The position numbers were made by a program, and so were the translations under genes. From contig JAQVNZ010000001.1 of the NCBI GenBank assembly GCA_028702895.1, positions 36,235-100,234 of the forward strand: a DNA stretch of 64,000 nt. The letters are read 5' to 3'. Source of the stretch: Candidatus Iainarchaeum sp. (GTDB lineage Archaea; Iainarchaeota; Iainarchaeia; Iainarchaeales; JAAZKV01). The first letter of the stretch is position 1; every line of letters starts with the position of its first letter. Below are positions 34,869 to 41,986 of this stretch, piece by piece. The notes under the pieces were generated by a model. It was not told the DNA's origin and searched no databases. It worked only from the letters and a program-made list of their open reading frames with translations.

Positions 34869-36785
34869 TCAAGGCTTACATTTTGTAAAGTTAGGTTGTT
34901 TTAAAGGTTGATTTTCAAGCGGGGAATATGAAAAAGCCCATGAACATTTAATTACTTTTGATACATTCCATTTGTTAATATCTTGATTAAACTGCGAGTC
35001 AGAAAACATTTGTTCCATGTTTGTTACGTTGATTGTATTCCAATCATTAATTGGGTGATTAAATTTCGAATGCCAAAACATAAATTTCATTGTTGTTACA
35101 TTGCGTGTGTTCCAGTTTTCGATTGGTTGGTTGAAGTCTGAATATGAAAACATGTTTTCCATTGTTGTTACGTTGCTTGTGTTCCAATTGCTAATGTCTT
35201 GATTGAATTTAGAATGGTCAAACATTGAAGCCATATTTGTTACGTTGCTTGTGTTCCAATCGCTAATATGTCCGTTGAATTGTGATTCATGAAACATTGC
35301 GTACATATTTGTTACTTTGCTTGTGTCCCAATTGTTTATATTTTGATTAAATTTTGAACCGTAAAACATTCCAAACATGTTTGTTACGTTGCGTGTATCC
35401 CAGTTATTTAGAGGGTAATTGTATGGTGAATATATGAACATATATTGCATATTTGTTACGTTGATTGTATTCCAATCATTAATTGGGTGATTAAATTTTG
35501 CTGCCCAAAACATGTTCTGCATATTTGTTACGCTGCTTGTATTCCAGTTATTTATTGGCTGGTTGAAATCTGAATATACAAACATTGCGAACATGTTTGT
35601 TACTTTGCTTGTGTTCCAATTACTAATATCTTGATTGAATTTAGAACTATTAAACATTTCACTCATCGTGGTTACGTTGCTTGTGTTCCAATTGCTAATA
35701 TCTTGATTAAATGTAGCGCCACCAAACATTGAAGCCATATTTGTTACGTTGCTTGTGTTCCAATTGCTTATGTTTCCGTTGAATTGAGAATTACTAAACA
35801 TCCCATTCATATTTGTTACATTGCCCGTATTCCAATTATTAATATTTTGATTAAATCGTGAATTAGCAAACATTTTTTCCATATTGGTAATATTCTTTGA
35901 GGCATCATCAAAAAAATCTGGACAAGAAACTTGTGTTAGAGTAGTGTTTGCAAACATGCTTCGTGCTGACGTTAATCCCGTAACCGAATTACTAACTGGT
36001 GTGTGAATATCTTTTAACATTTCCCCACTATTTTCAAAGGAGATTCTACTTGCTTTTCCTTTTAAAGAAATATTATAATCTCCTGGAGTGGGATAGGTTT
36101 TTATTTGTGTATCTCCAGGGGGTAAATTCACCCAACCCTGTCCTAATCCCCAGTCAACTTCCATTCCTTGAGCGCCATAAATAATAAATTGAAATTGTTC
36201 ATTATTTTTTGTAGTTTTTATTTGGAATGTAAATGGGGGTGTTGGTTTATCGGGGTCTATTAGGGGTTTTCCACATTTTCCTAGATAATTCGTATCTGTT
36301 CCTGCTTTTATAGCATAGCAACGATTATCATAAGTATTTCCGTCCAAACCACAAACCGGGATAGTGCCCGCGTTTAAACAATCGTCTTCTTCTGGTATTT
36401 CTGGATCGTCTGGCTCTGGTTCGCCAGTATAATTATTATTTAATATTATTTGCGAATTTTTAAAATTAGTAAATTTTCCTATTTTTTCTACTATTTTTTT
36501 TAAGTCAAAATAGTTATTATCTATTGTTGGGGGAATAGTTTGAACAAAAAATTTTGGTATTTCATTTTCTTCAACAAAAATATTTTGGATTATAACATTC
36601 TCGTTTTTTTGGTTTGATTGAACTAATAATTCACTTCGTATTAGCGTATATGCGTTTGTAACATTATATGTATTTAAAAAAAAGGATGATAAAATTATTG
36701 TAAATGTTATAATAACTAAAAGTATTATTAAACTTTCAAACGAAACTTGCCCTTTATTAAATATTTTTTTTTTCAATATAATCAA
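34869..36785 (-). CDS. Pilin-anchored surface protein: class III signal + Kazal-like domain + 13 DUF285/BspA-like repeats (putative adhesin)
   Basis: The N-terminus is KKIFNKGQVSFESLIILLVIITF. An acidic P/E linker follows, then a Kazal-like segment (CLNAGTIPVCGLDGNTYDNRCYAIKAGTDTNYLGKCG, nt 36273-36380). After that come 13 tandem 24-aa units with consensus MF..S.FNQ.I..WNTSNVTNM... The start is TTG, forming a TTGA overlap with the upstream gene. Confidence 0.75.
   Translation of the reverse strand: MIILKKKIFNKGQVSFESLIILLVIITFTIILSSFFLNTYNVTNAYTLIRSELLVQSNQKNENVIIQNIFVEENEIPKFFVQTIPPTIDNNYFDLKKIVEKIGKFTNFKNSQIILNNNYTGEPEPDDPEIPEEDDCLNAGTIPVCGLDGNTYDNRCYAIKAGTDTNYLGKCGKPLIDPDKPTPPFTFQIKTTKNNEQFQFIIYGAQGMEVDWGLGQGWVNLPPGDTQIKTYPTPGDYNISLKGKASRISFENSGEMLKDIHTPVSNSVTGLTSARSMFANTTLTQVSCPDFFDDASKNITNMEKMFANSRFNQNINNWNTGNVTNMNGMFSNSQFNGNISNWNTSNVTNMASMFGGATFNQDISNWNTSNVTTMSEMFNSSKFNQDISNWNTSKVTNMFAMFVYSDFNQPINNWNTSSVTNMQNMFWAAKFNHPINDWNTINVTNMQYMFIYSPYNYPLNNWDTRNVTNMFGMFYGSKFNQNINNWDTSKVTNMYAMFHESQFNGHISDWNTSNVTNMASMFDHSKFNQDISNWNTSNVTTMENMFSYSDFNQPIENWNTRNVTTMKFMFWHSKFNHPINDWNTINVTNMEQMFSDSQFNQDINKWNVSKVIKCSWAFSYSPLENQPLKQPNFTKCKP
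34938..35873 (-). repeat. Intragenic 72-nt (24-aa) tandem repeat array, 13 units, with a higher-order block duplication
   Basis: The units start at about aa 305 and run to aa 616 of the adhesin. Long near-identical DNA stretches recur at an offset of 432 nt (6 units), for example 35021-35080 versus 35453-35512. At protein level, units 2, 3, 5, 6 pair with units 9, 10, 11, 12. Confidence 0.85.
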
Positions 36786-37234
36786 CTACTTGTTATTGAA
36801 ATTTTATTAGAGTCTGTTTTTTCTATAACAATTGTTTTTATTCCATAATCAATAACATTTTCTGTACAATCAAGGGTTATTCCATTTCTTACCATAAATG
36901 TTTTTTTACAAATATTGTTTTCACAAAGATTAACATTTGTGTTATTGCCTGTTTTATTAATTTGTACTTCAAATTCAAAATTATTGGCACAGTTAATTTT
37001 TGTGTTATTTGGTATAAAAAGAGTTATTGTTTCTTTTGATCCTGTTCCCAATAAAGATATTTTATTAGTTATTTGCGTTAATTGTTGTGTTGCTAAATTA
37101 GCTTTTGAAATATTTTCAATATCTTCTATTATTCCTTGAGTATTTTCTATGATTGGTTTTGTTACTCCAAAAATATATATTATTAGTATTAATATTATGA
37201 AAATAAATTCTATTGTTGCTTGCCCTTTTTGCAT
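36782..37234 (-). CDS. Pilin-like protein with a KGQ class III signal motif (150 aa)
   Basis: It begins MQKGQATIEFIFIILILIIYIFG. The body is N/T-rich with 4 Cys. Confidence 0.6.
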   Translation of the reverse strand: MQKGQATIEFIFIILILIIYIFGVTKPIIENTQGIIEDIENISKANLATQQLTQITNKISLLGTGSKETITLFIPNNTKINCANNFEFEVQINKTGNNTNVNLCENNICKKTFMVRNGITLDCTENVIDYGIKTIVIEKTDSNKISITSS

Positions 37235-37242
37235 TCTTTCAC

Positions 37243-38334
37243 CTATATACTTAATATTAAGTTTATTATAAAATCTCCTAAAATAACACTTAGGATATAA
37301 CCTAAGAGTATTGTTGGAACAAACGGAATAGAATCTTTAATTAAAATAGTTTTTTCAATTAATCCTTGTTTTGATAATTTTTTTAATTCTTTTATTTCTT
37401 GTATTGTTAATCCGCATGCCCTCATTGAGGATATTATTTCTTTTTCTGAATTTAGCGTATTTTCTTTTATTTGTTTTATAATTTCCTTTAAACTTAATTT
37501 TTCTTTTATAATAACTTTTTTTCCTTTCCAAATTAGTGTTATTCCTGGTATCATTCCTTCTTTAAGATTTTTTATTAAAACTTTTTTTGACATTAAAATT
37601 TTCATTGAGGTCATTAGTTTTATTAATCCAAATAAAATAACTATGATTATTGTTAATGATAAAAGATTTTTAAAAAACATTTGATAATTTAAAAAAATTC
37701 CGATTATCATGCTTATGCTTGTTAATATAATTTTGTTTTTATTTAAAAAATTCCAAACAAAAAGAAAAATAAAAACTAAAAATATTTCTATAACGGTGTT
37801 TTGGATAAATAAATTTATTATAATATAACTTCCTGATAAAAAAAATGCTGTGTGTATTGCAATAATCGTATTTTTCTTCATGTCAAAAAATATTTTTTTT
37901 CTTTCTGTTTTATTATTTAATAATTTATATACTATGACAACTATCCCGTATGGCATGAATGCTATTAGTGAATATAAAAAAAGACTTATTGGAAATATGG
38001 GTAGGCTTGAATTTGTTAATAATCCAATTTTGATTAATGCGGGGGTGAACGGATTTAATGCGCCTAATGCCATGAATAATTTTACGTCTCCTCCAGCAAA
38101 AACTCCTAATTTCCATAATATCCAACCAAAAGAAAATCCAATACATAATCCAAGAAAAGAGTAGATTATTGGATAAATATTTAATTCAATTATTGATTGT
38201 ATTGCATAAATTGTTAGGCCAAGTATTGCTAATCCAAAATTTAATTTGTTTGGAACAATTCGTTCTTTTAAATCAGTGTATGTTGCGATTATTAATCCGA
38301 TAATGGAAATAATTATGGTTGTAATGAAAATCAT
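37243..38334 (-). CDS. Prepilin/preflagellin peptidase (A24 aspartyl protease; EppA/PibD/FlaK-like)
   Basis: Two catalytic Asp contexts are present: YTDLKERIVPN (D21) and FAGGDVKLFMALGA (D83, GxGD-like). The protein is multi-TM, with a soluble segment at about aa 246-334 and a terminal IPFVPTILLG. Confidence 0.8.
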   Translation of the reverse strand: MIFITTIIISIIGLIIATYTDLKERIVPNKLNFGLAILGLTIYAIQSIIELNIYPIIYSFLGLCIGFSFGWILWKLGVFAGGDVKLFMALGALNPFTPALIKIGLLTNSSLPIFPISLFLYSLIAFMPYGIVVIVYKLLNNKTERKKIFFDMKKNTIIAIHTAFFLSGSYIIINLFIQNTVIEIFLVFIFLFVWNFLNKNKIILTSISMIIGIFLNYQMFFKNLLSLTIIIVILFGLIKLMTSMKILMSKKVLIKNLKEGMIPGITLIWKGKKVIIKEKLSLKEIIKQIKENTLNSEKEIISSMRACGLTIQEIKELKKLSKQGLIEKTILIKDSIPFVPTILLGYILSVILGDFIINLILSI

Positions 38335-38468
38335 TTTTTATCATATAAGTTAATGTTTTCATGATTTAAAAAAATATGTTATTTTCTGATAATATTTTTA
38401 TTGTGTTATTTTATTTTTTGATTAATATTTTTTTGTTTTATATAAAATAATATATATTATTATTATTT

Positions 38469-38645
38469 TTATTGTAGGATATTTTCAATTAATCTTGCTC
38501 TTTCTGATAATAAGTCTGCTTGTGCAGTTAATGCTATTTGTCTTAGTGTTTCAACAACCATTGCTGCGCTTATTGCTAGCATTATTCCAAATGCAGCGGT
38601 TAGTAAATATTCAAATGCTACTTGTGCTTTTTCTTCTTTTAACAT
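38469..38645 (-). CDS. Mini-pilin (58 aa) with a class III signal (DUF361-like AQ..FEYLL), no globular head
   Basis: The hand-translated sequence is MLKEEKAQVAFEYLLTAAFGIMLAISAAMVVETLRQIALTAQADLLSERARLIENILQ. It is absent from the ORF track because it is shorter than 60 aa. Confidence 0.6.
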   Translation of the reverse strand: MLKEEKAQVAFEYLLTAAFGIMLAISAAMVVETLRQIALTAQADLLSERARLIENILQ

Positions 38646-38681
38646 TTTTTCATCCTTTCTAACTTTTTTTATTTAAAAAAA

Positions 38682-38963
38682 TTATGTGCAATCCCATTTT
38701 TCTCTTAAAATATATTGGTTTTTTTCACAACATATAGTTTGAGTTGCTCCGCCTTTATTAGTGTCATTAAGATAACATCCACAATCTAAAGTGTTTGAAT
38801 CTAGTGTTACACAAAGATAATTGTATGTGCTATTTGTTCCAGTATCTGTTCCTGTGCCTATTGCTTGTGAAACAAATATTATTACTACTGCTACTACAAG
38901 AATTACTGCTCCGATGATTAGTAAGTATTCTATGGATGTTTGTCCAGATTTTTTATCATTCAT
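38682..38963 (-). CDS. Short type IV pilin (93 aa), class III signal + Cys-rich head (7 Cys)
   Basis: MNDKKSGQTSIEYLLIIGAVILVVAVVIIFVS carries the Q..(I/V)EYLL pattern of Epd-type pilins as I recall it. The head is ...YLCVTLDSNTLDCGCYLNDTNKGGATQTICCEKNQ..WDC. Confidence 0.8.
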   Translation of the reverse strand: MNDKKSGQTSIEYLLIIGAVILVVAVVIIFVSQAIGTGTDTGTNSTYNYLCVTLDSNTLDCGCYLNDTNKGGATQTICCEKNQYILREKWDCT

Positions 38964-39038
38964 ATTATATATAACAATATTTTTGTATTTAAAGTTTTGT
39001 TATTTTTAAAATATTGTTTTATTATTTTTTAATTATTA

Positions 39039-39317
39039 TTAGGGTGTAATATTAAAGTCCTTGCATTTGTTTGGCCAACCTGTCATATTGGTTAGTGTGC
39101 ATTTATTATTTGCCCAATTCCCGCCTGTTAACATGCATTCTTTTTGACATTCTAGTATTAGTGTGGTGTCTCCAATTTTTTCATCATTTAATGAGTCGGT
39201 TCCACTACTTGTTACGCCTACCATTGAGATTACAACAATTGCTACTACTAGTATTGCTGCGCCCATTATTAGTAAGTATTCTACAGCACCTTGTGCGTTT
39301 TCTTTTTTATAATCCAT
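39039..39317 (-). CDS. Short type IV pilin (92 aa), class III signal + Cys-rich head (4 Cys)
   Basis: The N-terminus is MDYKKENAQGAVEYLLIMGAAILVVAIVVISMVG. The head is ECQKECMLTGGNWANNKCTLTNMTGWPNKC. Confidence 0.8.
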   Translation of the reverse strand: MDYKKENAQGAVEYLLIMGAAILVVAIVVISMVGVTSSGTDSLNDEKIGDTTLILECQKECMLTGGNWANNKCTLTNMTGWPNKCKDFNITP

Positions 39318-39372
39318 TACTAATAGTTTACTTTAGCACTATTTAAATGTTTTTTATTTTTAAAAAAAGTAA

Positions 39373-39397
39373 TTGAAAAGGCGAAAGGCCTTTTCAA
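39373..39397 (-). terminator. Perfect 10-bp hairpin plus T-run, 13 nt downstream of pilin gene 39410..39667
   Basis: TTGAAAAGGC-GAAAG-GCCTTTTCAA is conspicuously GC-rich for this DNA. On the minus-strand transcript it is followed by ..TTACTTTTTTT. Confidence 0.55.
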
Positions 39398-39409
39398 AAT
39401 TTAATCTAA

Positions 39410-39667
39410 TCAGTTGTATGATGTACAATCGTAGTTGCCGCTAGGTACTATTGTTCCACTACATGTTTGATTTATTGAATTCCAATCAAATTTTTGATTC
39501 AAACAATCAACTTGGCATTTTTGTAGTGTTGGTAATTGGTCTACGTCAGTTCCGTCTGTTGCTCCTGAAGTTACACTAACTAATGCAATTATTACAACTG
39601 CTACAACAAGTATTGCTGCTCCGATGATTAGTAAGTATTCTATTGCTCCTTGTCCTGTTCTATCCAT
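39410..39667 (-). CDS. Short type IV pilin (85 aa), class III signal + Cys-rich head; candidate major pilin
   Basis: The N-terminus is MDRTGQGAIEYLLIIGAAILVVAVVIIALVS. The head is KCQVDCLNQKFDWNSINQTCSG....NYDC. A strong SD (GGAGGGG) precedes it, a long upstream spacer separates it from the previous gene, and it has its own hairpin terminator. Confidence 0.8.
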   Translation of the reverse strand: MDRTGQGAIEYLLIIGAAILVVAVVIIALVSVTSGATDGTDVDQLPTLQKCQVDCLNQKFDWNSINQTCSGTIVPSGNYDCTSYN

Positions 39668-39840
39668 TTTTTCCCCTCCGTTAATTTTAACAAAAATTCT
39701 TATTCTATTAAAGATTTTATTATTTTTAAATCTATTCTTTGACTTTAAAATATTGTTTTTAATTTTTTTTGAATATTGTGCTATTATTTTTGCGTTTTAG
39801 CAGATATTATTTTTGTAAAAGTTTTATTGGTTAGTATCTT

Positions 39841-39978
39841 TTATTGATTAATATCTTTTATTGCTTGTGTTGCAGATTGTGCAGTTGTTTTAATATATAT
39901 TGAAACCGTTGTTACCACAAATATTGCGCCAACGATTATTAGCAAATATTCTAAACTTGTCTGAGCTTTTTCATCCAT
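39841..39978 (-). CDS. Mini-pilin (45 aa) with a class III signal, no head domain
   Basis: The hand-translated sequence is MDEKAQTSLEYLLIIVGAIFVVTTVSIYIKTTAQSATQAIKDINQ. Its ATG overlaps the stop of the platform gene (TAATG), which suggests coupling. It is absent from the ORF track. Confidence 0.6.
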   Translation of the reverse strand: MDEKAQTSLEYLLIIVGAIFVVTTVSIYIKTTAQSATQAIKDINQ

Positions 39979-40886
39979 TAAAAAACACCTAGTAACATTA
40001 AACTAATTAAATAATTTGTTGCATAATATGTTACAAATGCTATTAGTATTAGTATTGGGATATATATAATACTTTTTCCAAATTTACCTTCTCTTATTAT
40101 AGACATCATTATTCCTGATGCGATTACTTCTATTATTAAATATGCTTGGATTAATAATAACATAAAATTAGATACGCTGGTTGTGTTATTAGCACTTCCT
40201 CCGACTAATTGTGTTATTGTGATTTGTGAGAATAAATTCATTATAGCAGTTATTTCTCCAAATATTAATGGGGTTATTATTCCTCCTGCTGCAATCATGA
40301 ACATGAATTGCATTGTAGTATTCGCTTTTCTCTCTTCTTTTAATCTATATGATTCTCTAACATCATCTGAAATATCTTCTAGTATTCCTGATAAGCTTGC
40401 ACCGGTTTTTATTGAATCAAGTAATACTGTGATTGTTCGTTTTACTAATTTAGAGTCAATTCTTTCTGCAAATCCTCGTAGGGAAGTGTCAATATTTTCT
40501 CCTTCCTCTAATCTAATTAATGCGATTTGCATTTCGTCTGATAATCTACCATATCCTGCGATTACAACTTCTCGTAAAGCACTCTCATAAGTGTCTCCTG
40601 CTTTGAGCGTGTCGGCCATTTGTTTTAATGCATCACTAAAATTATATTCTATTGAATCAATTATTGATTCTTTTTTCATGTAAGGGTATCCTAACATTAG
40701 TATTAGTGTTGCTGAAGTAAACGCTACTGGGAGTAAAGTAATTTCTTTTAATATTAACATATTTAAAATTAATGTTATAAATGCTACAAATAGAGTTGTT
40801 GCTAGTGTTAAACTAGCCCATACTTTTGAATTATATGGTAATTTTGCAAATCTTACCCAATTATCATATTTTGTTATTATATCCAT
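39978..40886 (-). CDS. Pilus platform membrane protein, single T2SS-F domain (EpdJ/K, TadB/C-like)
   Basis: It has the T2SS-F cytoplasmic domain pattern (DALKQMADTLKAGDTYESALREVV...YGRLSDEMQIALIRLEEGENIDTSLRGFAERI) flanked by TM segments. Confidence 0.75.
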   Translation of the reverse strand: MDIITKYDNWVRFAKLPYNSKVWASLTLATTLFVAFITLILNMLILKEITLLPVAFTSATLILMLGYPYMKKESIIDSIEYNFSDALKQMADTLKAGDTYESALREVVIAGYGRLSDEMQIALIRLEEGENIDTSLRGFAERIDSKLVKRTITVLLDSIKTGASLSGILEDISDDVRESYRLKEERKANTTMQFMFMIAAGGIITPLIFGEITAIMNLFSQITITQLVGGSANNTTSVSNFMLLLIQAYLIIEVIASGIMMSIIREGKFGKSIIYIPILILIAFVTYYATNYLISLMLLGVF

Positions 40887-40891
40887 TTAAA

Positions 40892-41986
40892 TCACATTTT
40901 TGGTTGTGCTGCATAAACCATGTATATCATTATTCCAAATACAATTGGCATAAAAATAATATAAATAAAAAACATTACTTCTGGTGTTAATGGAATGTTT
41001 TTGAATAAATCTTCTCCGGTTGTGGCGATTGGAGAATTTCTAATTGATCCTAGTATCATTACTGCTACTGGTAAAACTATTCCTACAAAAATAAATATTA
41101 CTGAAAAAAAATTCATTTGCTGTGAAAAAATTCCTATTCGGTTTCTCATTTCGGATGAAACATCTTCTGCAATATCATTCATTGTTTCAGATAAATTTCC
41201 GCCTATTCGCATAGCTCTTAAAATATGGTTAATTGTTTTTCGTAGTGGCATACTCTGCGTTCTTAGCGCAGTGTGTTTTAATGCTGTTGTAGTATCTGCA
41301 CCTTCTTCAATTTCATTTATGGTTCTAGAAAATTCTTCGCTTAAAACACCATAATCATTAATTGCAATTGCTTGTATTGTTTTATATAATCCAATTCCTG
41401 CTTTTAATTCTGTTGCCATGTGTCTTAGTGCAAATGGTAGTTCAGTAGATATTTTTGCACCCCTGTTTTTTGCAAGGTTTTTTGGAATTGTTAAAATAAA
41501 TATTGTTGAAATTACCCACATGATAAATCCAAGTAAGATGGGGAGGGTGGCTGCAAACAAAAGATCTTGTAATAATATTCCTATAAAAAAAACTATTATT
41601 ATTGTTGTTAGTGCAATTATAAATCCTGCTGCACTTGCTAATGCTAAATATTGATTTGGAGAATATCTTAAATTTGCAGAGTATAAATAGTATCCTATTT
41701 CATTACTTAATGGAAAATTTTGTAAAAAGTTTTTTATAGGATTTAATATTTTTTTTAATTTTAAATAAATGTTTCCAAGTGTTTTTGTTAAATTTGATCC
41801 AAATTGGTCTAAATCTTCTTCACTATTTAAATCAATTTTAGAATAAGAATTATCTAGGATTATTCCTCTTAATTCTTTTAAACTAGTATTCGCGTCTTCT
41901 ACTTCTATTCCTTCGTCTCTATATTTTTTTTTCATTGTTTCAACGATTTTACTTACTTCTTCTTCGTTTATAGAACTATTTTTCAT
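40892..41986 (-). CDS. Pilus platform membrane protein, single T2SS-F domain (second subunit)
   Basis: LPFALRHMATELKAGIGLYKTIQAIA.NDYGVLSEEFSRTINEIEEGADTTTALKHTA.RT.S..LRKTI..I is a T2SS-F domain. TM segments flank it. Confidence 0.75.
   Translation of the reverse strand: MKNSSINEEEVSKIVETMKKKYRDEGIEVEDANTSLKELRGIILDNSYSKIDLNSEEDLDQFGSNLTKTLGNIYLKLKKILNPIKNFLQNFPLSNEIGYYLYSANLRYSPNQYLALASAAGFIIALTTIIIVFFIGILLQDLLFAATLPILLGFIMWVISTIFILTIPKNLAKNRGAKISTELPFALRHMATELKAGIGLYKTIQAIAINDYGVLSEEFSRTINEIEEGADTTTALKHTALRTQSMPLRKTINHILRAMRIGGNLSETMNDIAEDVSSEMRNRIGIFSQQMNFFSVIFIFVGIVLPVAVMILGSIRNSPIATTGEDLFKNIPLTPEVMFFIYIIFMPIVFGIMIYMVYAAQPKM

Noticed and set aside
37330-37617. A soluble insertion of about 90 aa (aa ~246-334) in the prepilin peptidase, considered as a novel fused domain.
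   Set aside because: Archaeal A24 peptidases of the FlaK type are known to carry a soluble beta-domain between TM helices before the final IPF..P helix. This is most simply the same feature.
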